Shown here: positions 28,209-37,558 of the stretch, piece by piece | Numbering within the stretch: the stretch's first letter is position 1 | Layout: each line of letters begins with the position of its first letter | Assembly: GCA_965279375.1 (NCBI GenBank) | Contig: OZ257156.1 | Span: 1,824,001-1,888,000 of the forward strand | Direction: 5' to 3' | DNA length: 64,000 nucleotides | From: Gemmatimonas sp. | Lineage (GTDB): Bacteria; Gemmatimonadota; Gemmatimonadetes; Gemmatimonadales; Gemmatimonadaceae | Translations under genes and position numbers: made by a program | Notes under the pieces: model-generated | The model's input: the letters and a program-made list of their open reading frames with translations, nothing else | Databases searched by the model: none | What the model was told of the DNA's origin: nothing

Positions 28209-28948
28209 GCCGACGCGGGCTGCCCTACGTCCGTGCCGGTCAGCGCGATGAACATCTCCTCGAGCGATCGGCCTGCGAGCTCCGGTCGCGCTTCCACGAT
28301 CTCGGCGATGGTGCCCAGGGCGACCGCCTGCCCCTGTCGAATAACGAGCAGCCGCGTGCACAGCTCTTCCACGAGATGCAGCAAGTGCGAACTCAGAATC
28401 ACCGCCGTGCCTTCGCGCGCGCGCGCCGCGATCGTCTCCTTCATGCGGCGAATGCCCACCGGATCGAGTCCCGTCAGCGGCTCGTCGAGCAGCAACGCCG
28501 ACGGTTGATGCAGCAGGCCGCAGGCGATGGCGAGCTTCTGCTTCATGCCGCGCGACAATTCCGTCGGCAATGACTTCGCCTTGGCGGTCAGCTCCAGCTC
28601 CTCGAGCAGCACCGGAATGCGAGGGCCGGCGTCACGCACGCCATACAAGCGCGCGACGAACTGCAGATGCTCTTCGACCGTGAGATAGTCGAAGAGCGCC
28701 GGTTCGTCGGGTATGAACGCCAGTCGGGCCTTGGCGGCGACGGGCTCCTGGCCAAGGTCGATGCCGCCGATGCGGATCGTGCCGGAGGTCGGATGCAGAA
28801 TGCCGGCGAGCGCGCGCAGCGTTGTGGTCTTGCCGGCACCATTGGGGCCGACGAGTCCCAGTACATCGCCCGGGCGCACCGTGAAGGAGAGCGACTGCAC
28901 AGCGACCGTATCGCCGTACAGTTTGGTGTACCGATCGACTTCGATCAC
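28205..28948 (-). CDS. ABC transporter ATP-binding protein
   Basis: GPNGAGKTT, LSRGMKQK, LLLDEP and SSH. Confidence 0.95.
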   Translation of the reverse strand: MIEVDRYTKLYGDTVAVQSLSFTVRPGDVLGLVGPNGAGKTTTLRALAGILHPTSGTIRIGGIDLGQEPVAAKARLAFIPDEPALFDYLTVEEHLQFVARLYGVRDAGPRIPVLLEELELTAKAKSLPTELSRGMKQKLAIACGLLHQPSALLLDEPLTGLDPVGIRRMKETIAARAREGTAVILSSHLLHLVEELCTRLLVIRQGQAVALGTIAEIVEARPELAGRSLEEMFIALTGTDVGQPASA

Positions 28949-29871
28949 GGCGCGCCTTTGCCCAACGCGAGCGGTGCGCTCAGGATGACCGAGAGCGAGA
29001 CCCCGGCAGGCAGGCAGTGCTCCTTGATCGCGTTGCGTCGCGCGGCGATGGTGCCCGCCGCTACCCCGGTCGCCGCGCCAATGAGAGCGCCCTTGGAGCC
29101 GCCGCCCAGAATGCGGCCAAGCAGCGCCCCGCGCATGGCGTTGCCCAGAACGCCGCTCTTGGTCTCGTTGGTGGTCGTGCGCTCCTCGAGCGGCGGGGCG
29201 GCCGCCTGCGTGCGCACGGTGCCGTACAGCGGGTGCATCGCGGAATCCACCTCGACCGAGATGGTCCGGAAGGAGAACTCCGCGCCCGCCTCGGGGGCGG
29301 TCATCTCCACGACGATTTTGGATCCCGCGGGGACCAGGGCACCGCTGGGGCCGTACGCGGCGGCTGTCGTGGTGATCACGAGTCGGTCGCCGGGGCGGTT
29401 GGCTTTGGCGCAGATGGCCGCGGTGCTTTGCCCGACGATCACCGTTCCGAACGGCAGTTCGGGGTTGGCCAGCTCCCCGCTTCCCGCGCTCGGCACGCGT
29501 TCCATGCCACCTGGCTGCTGCATCATGCGCAGGGCTTCGGGCGAGACCGTCGCCGCCGGCTCCGGGGCGGGCGTCGGCGCGGCCGCAGGTGCGGCTGGGG
29601 CGCTCGGGGTGCGGCGTGCGACGGTCGGAGGGGCGCTGGCAGGACTAGGCGCGGCCGACTGGCGCGGTGCGACGGGCTCTGGCGCGTTTGTGGCGGTATC
29701 ACCTATCGATGGTGCCGCGGGAGTCGGCGTCGGCGCGGCGGCCAACGTGAGGTCCCGAGACAGCACGGAATCGGCGATCGACGCGCGGTTCGGCTCGCGA
29801 TCGCATGCAGCGAGCGCGAGCCCCAAGGCCAGCGGTAATTGCCGGTGCATCCGATTCATAAACTTCATCAT
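28945..29871 (-). CDS. Hypothetical lipoprotein with Pro/Ala linker and glycine-zipper-like C-terminus
   Basis: LAAC lipobox, PA-rich stretch and GALLGRILGGGSKGALIGAATGVAAG; ATGA overlap with the ABC ATPase gene. Confidence 0.7.
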   Translation of the reverse strand: MMKFMNRMHRQLPLALGLALAACDREPNRASIADSVLSRDLTLAAAPTPTPAAPSIGDTATNAPEPVAPRQSAAPSPASAPPTVARRTPSAPAAPAAAPTPAPEPAATVSPEALRMMQQPGGMERVPSAGSGELANPELPFGTVIVGQSTAAICAKANRPGDRLVITTTAAAYGPSGALVPAGSKIVVEMTAPEAGAEFSFRTISVEVDSAMHPLYGTVRTQAAAPPLEERTTTNETKSGVLGNAMRGALLGRILGGGSKGALIGAATGVAAGTIAARRNAIKEHCLPAGVSLSVILSAPLALGKGAP

Positions 29872-29995
29872 CCGGACGATACTCCATTGGGGCTGTGTGG
29901 CGCCATGTGTGCCGCGCGCCTGCTCGTTGTGACTACGCCGCCGGGGACGGCGTCGTTCCCCTGTCCCAGACGACTAGCTCCGCTTGCCGAACTTC

Positions 29996-31249
29996 ATGCC
30001 GACGATACCGGAAACTCACGCGCCATCGCTCGCACAACCGGTCTACGTCGCACGTCAGCCGATCTTCAATCGTGCCAACGCCCGCGTCGCGTATGAGCTG
30101 CTCTATCGCGGCAGTCAGCACGCGACGGGAGCCGGGTCGATCTCGAGCGACGCCATGTGCAGCGATACCGCCTTGCACTCCGTCGTCTCCATCGGCCTCG
30201 ATCGGCTGACGGGTGGTACCACGGCGTTCGTCAACATCACGCGTGAGCACTTGCTCGGCGAACTGCACAAGATCTTCGATCCGGCAGCCGTCGTCCTTGA
30301 ATTGCTCGAGTCGATCGATGGTGAACCGGCCGTGGTGGATGCGTGCGAACGCGCCGTGGCCGACGGCTATACGCTCGCCCTCGACGACTACGATGGACGC
30401 CCATCGCTGGACGTGCTGCTCCCGCTGGTGAAGATCGTCAAGCTGGACGTGCTGGACCGCGACTACGACAAACTCGCCGTTCAGGTGCAATCGCTGGTGG
30501 CGCGCGGGATCACGGTCTTGGCCGAGCGTGTGGAGACGGTGGCCGTTCGCGATCGCTGCCAGGCGATGGGTTGCTCGCTGTTTCAGGGCTACGTCTTCAG
30601 TCGCCCGGAGACGCTGAACGGTCGGTCGATCTCGATGCAGCAGGTGACGATGTTCAACATCATCAACCTGCTCCGTGATCCCGACGTTACGGATGACGCC
30701 CTCGAGGACGCGTTCCGCACACACCCCGCGCTGTCACTGGCGGTGCTGCGCATCGTCAACTCCGCGTCGTTCGGCGCACGCGCGGTGGATTCCATCCATC
30801 ACGCCATCCGGCTGATCGGGCGCGAAGCGCTGTCGCGCTGGTTGCTGGTGATGCTGGTGTCGTCGGTGGGGCGCAGCAGCCCGGTGGCCAGCGAAGCGGT
30901 CGTGCAGGCGCTCGTGCGCGGCCGTTTCTGCGAGGTGCTCACCGCGCAGGTCGGCAACGGCGAGCCGTCCACCCGCTTCCTCGTGGGCTTGCTCTCGCGC
31001 ATGGACGTGCTGCTTGGCCTGCCGATGCCGCAGGTTCTGGAGCGTCTGCCTGTCAGCAGTGATGTGCGCGACGCGCTGCTGCACAATCGCGGCCCACACG
31101 CGCCGACGCTGTCGTTGGCGGTGGCGTATGAGGCGGGCGACTGGACGGTTGTCGATGTGGTGGGGAGCGACGCGGTGTCGTCACCCCTTGGCGAGATTTA
31201 CGGCGATGCCGTGGCCTGGGCCAGCGAGCGGCTGCGCAGCGTGAGCTGA
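29996..31249 (+). CDS. EAL + HDOD domain protein (YuxH/PdeH-like c-di-GMP phosphodiesterase)
   Basis: VARQPIF, YELLYR, FVN, LELLE, ALDD, KLD, AERVET and FQGY; HDOD part LRIVNSA..SIHHAI.LIG and FLVGLLS. Confidence 0.88.
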   Translation: MPTIPETHAPSLAQPVYVARQPIFNRANARVAYELLYRGSQHATGAGSISSDAMCSDTALHSVVSIGLDRLTGGTTAFVNITREHLLGELHKIFDPAAVVLELLESIDGEPAVVDACERAVADGYTLALDDYDGRPSLDVLLPLVKIVKLDVLDRDYDKLAVQVQSLVARGITVLAERVETVAVRDRCQAMGCSLFQGYVFSRPETLNGRSISMQQVTMFNIINLLRDPDVTDDALEDAFRTHPALSLAVLRIVNSASFGARAVDSIHHAIRLIGREALSRWLLVMLVSSVGRSSPVASEAVVQALVRGRFCEVLTAQVGNGEPSTRFLVGLLSRMDVLLGLPMPQVLERLPVSSDVRDALLHNRGPHAPTLSLAVAYEAGDWTVVDVVGSDAVSSPLGEIYGDAVAWASERLRSVS

Positions 31250-31271
31250 ACGCAGCGACGATACAAATACA

Positions 31272-31302
31272 AACGCGCGCCGATGCTGCATCGGCGCGCG
31301 TT
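31272..31302. terminator. Bidirectional intrinsic terminator between the EAL-HDOD gene and motB
   Basis: AACGCGCGCCGATG-ctg-CATCGGCGCGCGTT 14-bp stem, with T-rich runs downstream on each strand, between convergent genes. Confidence 0.8.
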
Positions 31303-31356
31303 CTTCGTTTCTGGTGCATGTCGCGCGGCGCTCTTCGGCGCGCGACGGAGCTTCGA

Positions 31357-32241
31357 CTACGGGCGCGGCGCGCCAGGCAAATCGCGCGGACGGCCAATGT
31401 TGTACACCAGCGAGTCCCGCTTCTCGGTCGCCATCGACTCCGCACTTCCGTCGCCGCCCGGCGGACTGCTGAACGGCAGCAGGATCGAGATGCGACGGTT
31501 GGACGGCGCGAGGGGATCCTCCGGCACCTTGGGCTTGGTGTCGGCATAGCCGCGCACCTCCACAATGCGTCCGTCGCTCACGCCCGCGGCCTCGAGCACG
31601 CGCCGCGCTGCGTTTGCGCGGTCCGAGGAAAGCTCCCAGTTGCCGTAATTGCCGCCTTCCGTGCTGAACTGCGCGCCGTCGGTGTGCCCTTCCAGCACCA
31701 CCGAGTGCTTGAGCTCTGCGAGTTCAGCGCCGATGAGCTGCAGCGTGAGCAGCGTGGCCGGCTTCATCTGCTTGGAGCCAAGCGGGAAGTAGACGTCACC
31801 GCGACCCGTTTCCACGAGCTCGATGCGCAGGCCGTCGTTGGTGACCTGCACGTCCACGAGGCCGTTGAGTCGCTTGAGCGAATCGCTCTGCGCCAGCTTG
31901 TCGAGGATCGCGGCCTTGAGTGCTTCGAACGAACGCTGCTCGGACGACCGCACCACCATGCGCAGCGTGGTCTTCTGAATATTCGCCGGCGTGGTGCCAA
32001 TGGACAGCGGACTCGAGCCGGAACCAAAGCCCTTCTTGTAGCCGACCGGATTGGCGAAGTAGCCCTCGATCGCCTGCTTGGTCTTGTCGTCCATGCCCAG
32101 AATCCACATCACCATGAAGAACGCCATCATGGCGGTCACGAAGTCGGCGTAGGCCACCTTCCACGAGCCGCCGTGATGGCCGCCTCCACCGGAGATGACC
32201 TTCTTGACGATGACGATCTTCTTTCCGCCGCGGGCGGCCAT
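31357..32241 (-). CDS. motB: Flagellar stator protein MotB
   Basis: GSWKVAYADFVTAMMAFF, EGHTD and NWELSSDRA; OmpA-like domain with NRRI. Confidence 0.95.
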   Translation of the reverse strand: MAARGGKKIVIVKKVISGGGGHHGGSWKVAYADFVTAMMAFFMVMWILGMDDKTKQAIEGYFANPVGYKKGFGSGSSPLSIGTTPANIQKTTLRMVVRSSEQRSFEALKAAILDKLAQSDSLKRLNGLVDVQVTNDGLRIELVETGRGDVYFPLGSKQMKPATLLTLQLIGAELAELKHSVVLEGHTDGAQFSTEGGNYGNWELSSDRANAARRVLEAAGVSDGRIVEVRGYADTKPKVPEDPLAPSNRRISILLPFSSPPGGDGSAESMATEKRDSLVYNIGRPRDLPGAPRP

Positions 32242-32242
32242 C

Positions 32243-33100
32243 TTACGCCGCCTTCTTGCGCGTCAGCTCTTCCAGCTCGGCGAAGCTCGGACGCTCGTGC
32301 GGCTCGATGTTGCGGCGCGAGAACTCGACAGCCGTCATCGGGGCATCGCCGCGAGCGAACGACAGCAGTGCCGTGCGAATGCACAGCATGTAGTCGTGCT
32401 CTGCATGAATGCGGCTCGTCATTGCAGCGGCAATCGGACCGAACACGCCGTAAGCGAGCAGAATGCCGAGGAACGTTCCGACGAGTGCAGCGGCCACGTG
32501 CTCACCGATCTCAGATGCGGCGCCACCAATGGCGCCCATCGTGATGATGACGCCGAGTACGGCGGCCACGATGCCGAAGCCCGGCATGGCGTCGCCCACC
32601 GACGTGATGGCATGCGGCGCGAGCAACGCTTCGTGATGATGCTTTTCCAGATCGACGTCGAGAATGTCGGCCAGGTTGTGGTCTTCGACCGTGCCCGTGA
32701 GCAGGACCTTGAGCGTGTCGCAGAGCAGCGACATCGCATGGTGATTCTTGGCGAACGACGGATACTTGGAGAAGATGTCGCTGCTTTCCGGATTCTCGAT
32801 GTGCGATTCGAGTCCGACGAGGCCGTCCTTGCGCGCCTTCTGAAAGATCTCGTAGAGTACCTGCAAGAGTTCGGCGTACGCCTTCGCGCCAAACGGATTC
32901 GGCTTGAGCAATCCGATCACCTGCGCCAGCGTTGCCTTCAGCACAGCGGGCGGGTTTGCCATGATCATGCTGCCCAGACCGGCCCCGCCGAGCACGAGAA
33001 ACTCGTTGGGCTGGATGAGCACGGCGAGATGTCCGTGGGCCATGACATAGCCTCCGAGCACCGCTCCGACTACGATGACCAAGCCGATAATGAGAAACAC
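32243..33100 (-). CDS. motA: Flagellar stator protein MotA
   Basis: ARKDGLVGLE, MPGFGIVAAVLG and AALVGTFLGIL. Confidence 0.95.
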   Translation of the reverse strand: MFLIIGLVIVVGAVLGGYVMAHGHLAVLIQPNEFLVLGGAGLGSMIMANPPAVLKATLAQVIGLLKPNPFGAKAYAELLQVLYEIFQKARKDGLVGLESHIENPESSDIFSKYPSFAKNHHAMSLLCDTLKVLLTGTVEDHNLADILDVDLEKHHHEALLAPHAITSVGDAMPGFGIVAAVLGVIITMGAIGGAASEIGEHVAAALVGTFLGILLAYGVFGPIAAAMTSRIHAEHDYMLCIRTALLSFARGDAPMTAVEFSRRNIEPHERPSFAELEELTRKKAA

Positions 33101-33136
33101 GCAGCAGTACCTGGAGAGCGAGTGGAGATTTCAGCG

Positions 33137-33793
33137 ATGAACAGCCGCGACGGCGCGGCGTGCTGGCTGACCATACATGACGATTTGCTGCGCGGCATGA
33201 CACATGCCCTCAGCAATCGAATCGGGACAATTCTTGCCGCGGTATCGCTGATCGAAATCGATGCGGGACCAAAGGCGCAGGCGCTCGATACGTTGCGCAC
33301 CGAATCGGAACGTCTGGACGCCCTGTTGCGCACGCTGCGACAGCTGCCGCGTCGTGCGGAAGTCTCTGCGGAGCCGCTGCTGCCCACCGATGTCGCCCAA
33401 GTCGCGATCGATCTGCACCTTCATCACCCCGAGGGGCGAGATCAGTCCTGCCAGATCGTGCTGGAGGGCGATCCGCTGCCGGCCTACGCCGACCCGGCCG
33501 CGCTGTCCCTCGCGCTCGCTGCCGCGCTGACCCGCGCGAAGCGTCTGGCCGGTGCACACGGTGCCACGCAGATCGCCATTTCCAGCACGGACGACTCCGT
33601 GCGCTTCGACGTTCGCGCCGACGCGCTCGCCGATGGACTCGACGCGGAGAGTGTGGCCGACGGACGTTCGCGCGATGCGGCGGCGGCCATGTGGCTGCTC
33701 GGCGATGACCGCGACCGCGTCGTCGAGCATGCGTCGGGCATCCACATTCACGTCCCGACGCTCGGCGCCGCGCGGCGTGCACGCAAGCGATAG
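33137..33793 (+). CDS. Hypothetical HisKA-like protein with degenerate ATPase domain (ChpT/Spo0B-like phosphotransferase candidate)
   Basis: H-box-like GMTHALSNRIGTI; kinase-like fold order but no N-box Asn or G-boxes; GGAG RBS. Confidence 0.55.
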   Translation: MNSRDGAACWLTIHDDLLRGMTHALSNRIGTILAAVSLIEIDAGPKAQALDTLRTESERLDALLRTLRQLPRRAEVSAEPLLPTDVAQVAIDLHLHHPEGRDQSCQIVLEGDPLPAYADPAALSLALAAALTRAKRLAGAHGATQIAISSTDDSVRFDVRADALADGLDAESVADGRSRDAAAAMWLLGDDRDRVVEHASGIHIHVPTLGAARRARKR

Positions 33794-33828
33794 CGAGACG
33801 GGCATCGCACGACGGCGCGCCAAGCGGC

Positions 33829-34113
33829 TCACGACGCGTTGCCCTCGGGCGACGTCTCGCTCGGTGTTTCCACTGCCGCATCCGTAGGCGCAGTGGCGCC
33901 GAGCGACGCGAGCCAGGCGCTCGCGGACGCGGTGGTGGTGGCACGCTGGTTTTCGCTGGCGACCTGCTGCGCGATTTCGCCGCGCAGGATCTTCAGCTCA
34001 GGCGGCGCTTCGATGCCGATGCGCACGCCGCCGCGGTCGCACGAGACGACGACGATGCGTATTCCACCTTCAATCAGGATCGAGTCGCCAACGCGACGTC
34101 CAAGGATGAGCAT
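33829..34113 (-). CDS. csrA: Carbon storage regulator CsrA
   Basis: MLILGRRVGDSILI..VRIGIEAP..ILRGEI..ENQRA. Confidence 0.9.
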   Translation of the reverse strand: MLILGRRVGDSILIEGGIRIVVVSCDRGGVRIGIEAPPELKILRGEIAQQVASENQRATTTASASAWLASLGATAPTDAAVETPSETSPEGNAS

Positions 34114-34118
34114 CTCGC

Positions 34119-35573
34119 TTAGATCATCTGCAGCAATGTCTGCAGCATCTCATCCGCGGTCTTGATCAACTTCGACGCCGCTGTGTACGACTGCTGCACG
34201 CGCATCATGTTGGTCAACTCTTCATCGGTGCTGACACCACTCACGGACTGACGGCGCGTGTCCGTCTGGTCGCTGAGCGCGCGGAACACGGTGGCGTCGT
34301 CGGTGGCGCTCTTCGCACTGATGCCGATACCGGTCACCATGTTGCGGAAGAAGCTGACGTACGAACCGGTTTCTGGTGGGCTCGACGGCGTTGCCAGATA
34401 TGAGACCGTACCCGTCGTGGTACGCAGCGTGGACAGTGCCGTGGCGTTGGCATTGTCCGTCGGAGCGTTCACATCGCGACTCGCCGCGATCAGCGACGGG
34501 TTCGCGACGATCGCCGCGTCCAGCGAGATCGTGCCGGCGCGCACCGGGCTGGCGAGGGTGCCCGCCGTGAAGAAATTGCCCGCGGCCGTGCCGGGAATGG
34601 TCGTGCCGTTGAAGTTGAAACCCTGCGTGTGCTGTGCGTTCACGCCGGAGACCAGCGACGACGCAAGCGCATCGAGACGGCCGCGTGCTCCGGGGATGTC
34701 GGTGTTGATGTAGTCCACGAGCGAGCGCAGATCTCCACCGAGCGGATTGAGCGCGTCTTGCGAGGTGCCGAGCAGAATCTTGACCGGAACGTCGGACGGT
34801 GCGACGGCAGGCAGCGGGTTGGGCGGCACCAGTCGCACGTTCAACGGACGTGCGGTCGTTCCGTCCACCAGCGTGGAGTTGCCGAGAACTACGGAGATGC
34901 TGCCGTTCGGCTGCTCGAAGGCGCGGGCGCCGGCCAGCTTGCCGAGCGCATCGATCTTGAGATCGCGCTGGTCACGCAGGTCGTTGGCGGTGTTGCCGTT
35001 GGATTCGGAGGTGACGATCTGTTCGTTCAGCGCCGCGATCTGACTCGCCGTCTGATTGATCTCCGACAACGTGTTGTTCAGACGGTCGATCGAGGAGGTG
35101 CGCTGCTGCGAGAGCTGCGTGTCGAACTGCTGAAAGAGCCCGGTCACCTGACGACCGCGCTGCTGCACGACCGCCTTGGCGGCTCCGCTGCTGGGCGAAG
35201 TGGCCAGATCGCTCCACGAGCTCCAGAACTGGTCCAGGGCGTTGGACATGCCGGCTTCGCTCGGCTCGCCGAAGACGCCTTCGAGCTGGCCGAGCAGATC
35301 GCGCTTCATTTCCGACGTGGACGCGCGGCCGTTGGCGTCGCGATAGCCCTCGTCGAGCAGCATGTCGCGCTTGCGCACGACAGTGGAAATGTTGACGCCG
35401 GTGCCGACGTTACCGTAGGAAAACCGGACCGGCGTGGTCGCCTGCAGCACGGCTTCCTGACGCGAATACCCGGGCGTTTCCGCATTCGCGATGTTCTGCG
35501 AGATGACCGCAAGGGTTTGCTGATGCGTCAGAAGCGCGCTGCGCGCGATGCTGAAAAGTCCGGAGTTCGACAT
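34119..35573 (-). CDS. flgK: Flagellar hook-associated protein FlgK
   Basis: NIANAETPGYSRQ, NDLRDQRD and SVSGVSTDEE..YTAASK. Confidence 0.93.
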   Translation of the reverse strand: MSNSGLFSIARSALLTHQQTLAVISQNIANAETPGYSRQEAVLQATTPVRFSYGNVGTGVNISTVVRKRDMLLDEGYRDANGRASTSEMKRDLLGQLEGVFGEPSEAGMSNALDQFWSSWSDLATSPSSGAAKAVVQQRGRQVTGLFQQFDTQLSQQRTSSIDRLNNTLSEINQTASQIAALNEQIVTSESNGNTANDLRDQRDLKIDALGKLAGARAFEQPNGSISVVLGNSTLVDGTTARPLNVRLVPPNPLPAVAPSDVPVKILLGTSQDALNPLGGDLRSLVDYINTDIPGARGRLDALASSLVSGVNAQHTQGFNFNGTTIPGTAAGNFFTAGTLASPVRAGTISLDAAIVANPSLIAASRDVNAPTDNANATALSTLRTTTGTVSYLATPSSPPETGSYVSFFRNMVTGIGISAKSATDDATVFRALSDQTDTRRQSVSGVSTDEELTNMMRVQQSYTAASKLIKTADEMLQTLLQMI

Positions 35574-35574
35574 G

Positions 35575-36120
35575 TCAGGCCCTGCGGTTCACGAGAAGAC
35601 CGCGCGGCGCGTTCGTGGTCGCCGCCGCCGCTGGACCTTCCGCGTCATAGGTCGGAATGCCCGCAGGAGCTCCGACGAGTGTGCGCACGTACTGGTCACC
35701 TGAGGCGAGCGCCTCGCGCAGCAGCTTGCGGTTCATGCCCACTTCGCGCGTCAGCAGATCCGCGGCCAGTTGCAGGCGCTGACGGGCCTCGCGCAACCGC
35801 GAGTCGATCTGGTCGCCCAGCGTCTGCTCGAGGTCGCGCAGCGTCAGGTCTTCCGACCCACCGAGCAGCAGATTGAGCTGGCGCCGACGCTGCCGCGCCT
35901 GGCCGAGCGTGGCCAGAATGCGGTGCGTCGCAAAGGTGCTGTCGTCGACACCCTGGATATCGTCGCCGCTGACTGCCGCGCGCTGGCGACGCATCTGCGC
36001 GATGAGGTCGTCGAGCAATCGACGCTCACTCACCAACGCATCATGCAACGCATTCAGCAACGCCGTCGTCGGCGGCCCGTAATTCTGCGCAGCTTCGTAG
36101 TTCAGCACGGTCGGCGACAT
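35575..36120 (-). CDS. flgN: Flagellar export chaperone FlgN
   Basis: Helical ~180-aa protein directly before flgK; N..LL motif and ...VNRRA tail. Confidence 0.7.
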   Translation of the reverse strand: MSPTVLNYEAAQNYGPPTTALLNALHDALVSERRLLDDLIAQMRRQRAAVSGDDIQGVDDSTFATHRILATLGQARQRRRQLNLLLGGSEDLTLRDLEQTLGDQIDSRLREARQRLQLAADLLTREVGMNRKLLREALASGDQYVRTLVGAPAGIPTYDAEGPAAAATTNAPRGLLVNRRA

Positions 36121-36455
36121 CAGAGGGCGGTGGAGTCAGTGGAGTTCGGAGCGGCGGTCGGGACTATCTGCGAGCGGAGCTGGCGGTACAGCGCTTCCCC
36201 CAACCCACCCTCCCACTGACTGGGAGTTTCGGCAGCAAGGTGCTCATCCATCAGTGACGTGAAAATGTCCTCACCGGCTCCGCCTGAAACGAACCCTTCC
36301 CCCTGTGGAACGGTGTCGCGCATCGCCTTGAAGAGCTGCTGCACAAACACGCCTTCGAGCTGCTTTGAGACCTTCTTCAGGTCTTCGTCGCGGCTGCTCG
36401 CAGCGCTGGACGTCGTCGCGACCGCGGTCGTGCGCGCCCCCATGGCCTCAATCAT
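36120..36455 (-). CDS. flgJ: Short FlgJ (rod-binding domain only)
   Basis: LKKVSKQLEGVFVQQLFKAMRDTV..FTSLMDEHLA..GLGEALYRQL; no glucosaminidase domain. Confidence 0.88.
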   Translation of the reverse strand: MIEAMGARTTAVATTSSAASSRDEDLKKVSKQLEGVFVQQLFKAMRDTVPQGEGFVSGGAGEDIFTSLMDEHLAAETPSQWEGGLGEALYRQLRSQIVPTAAPNSTDSTAL

Positions 36456-37546
36456 CGGATGATCACCTCTGCTGTGATCGCGCCTACTTCGCGCAGTGCG
36501 GCGAAGATCGCCGCGATTTCACTCGGTGGAGTCCGCACTGCCTGCAACGAGGCGGCGACGCGCTGCACCGAAATGCCAGCCGGAAGACGCACACTGCCCG
36601 GGACTGCCGTCGTGTCCGACGCCGTCTCCTTGCCGATCGCGAGTGTGATCGCTCCATGACTAACGACCGCCGGGCCAACGAGCATTTCGCCACCGGCAAC
36701 CACTGTTCCATCCTTGCCATCGATGACCAGCCGCGGAGCACGTTCGGGCGTGATCGAGAGCTCGCGGATCTTCGTGTACGCGGTCGGACGCGACACCGTG
36801 TCGGCGAGCGTGACCATCACGGAACCCTCATCCTCAACGACAGCCGTCTTGTCGCCCATCGCCTTGTTGATCGCGTCGGCGATGCGCGTGGCCGTACCGA
36901 GATCGGGCTCGCGCAGCAGCAACCGGGACGCGGCCGCCACCACCGGCCTGGCGAGATCGGCCTCGAGCAGTCCGCCAGTCGGAATGCGTGCGTTCGTTTC
37001 GTGCGTGACGGCGTAGCGCGTGGTGGATCCGCCATCACTCACCAGCATCGAACCCTGCGCCGTCGCCAGAGGCGGGCCATTGGGATCGGCCACGAGTGGT
37101 GTCATGTACAGCACGCCGCCGCGCAGTGATCGCGCATCGCCCATCGACGACACACTCACTTCAAAGCGGCCACCGGCGCGCAGAAACGGCGAGACTTCAG
37201 CCGTCACCAACACCGCCGCCACGTTCCGCATGCGGATCATCTCCGGCGGCACTTCCACGTTGAAGCGGCGCAGCATGTTGACCACGCTGGCCACCGTTGC
37301 GCCGGCCGACTGTGTGCCATTGCCACGATCGCCGGTGCCATCGAGACCCACGGCCAGTCCATAGCCCACCAGTCGCACGGGCAAGGCACCTTCCGGCGAG
37401 GTGATGTCTCGAATCTTCACATCGCCCTGCGCGCGAACCGTCGCGGGCGTGAGCAGCTGCAGCACCACGAGCGCAATCACCGCAAAGGCGGTCGGAAGCT
37501 GTGTGCGCGCCAGCATGGGCGGCTTTCTCAAATTGATCGGCGTCAT
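36452..37546 (-). CDS. flgI: Flagellar P-ring protein FlgI
   Basis: LVGYGLAVGLDGTGD, NVAAVLVTA, SMGDARSLRGG and GTVVAG. Confidence 0.95.
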   Translation of the reverse strand: MTPINLRKPPMLARTQLPTAFAVIALVVLQLLTPATVRAQGDVKIRDITSPEGALPVRLVGYGLAVGLDGTGDRGNGTQSAGATVASVVNMLRRFNVEVPPEMIRMRNVAAVLVTAEVSPFLRAGGRFEVSVSSMGDARSLRGGVLYMTPLVADPNGPPLATAQGSMLVSDGGSTTRYAVTHETNARIPTGGLLEADLARPVVAAASRLLLREPDLGTATRIADAINKAMGDKTAVVEDEGSVMVTLADTVSRPTAYTKIRELSITPERAPRLVIDGKDGTVVAGGEMLVGPAVVSHGAITLAIGKETASDTTAVPGSVRLPAGISVQRVAASLQAVRTPPSEIAAIFAALREVGAITAEVIIR

Positions 37547-37558
37547 GTCGGGGTCCGC

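Noticed and set aside
32195..33136. N-terminal part of the 532-aa plus-strand ORF overlapping motA
   Set aside because: Antisense shadow of motA; only the part from ATG 33137 looks like a real protein.
33195..33239. Possible sigma54 element (GGGCATG-TGTC-ATGC, minus strand) and half enhancer for motA
   Set aside because: Weak match inside a coding region; the enhancer-like half-site is too close and there is no IHF site.
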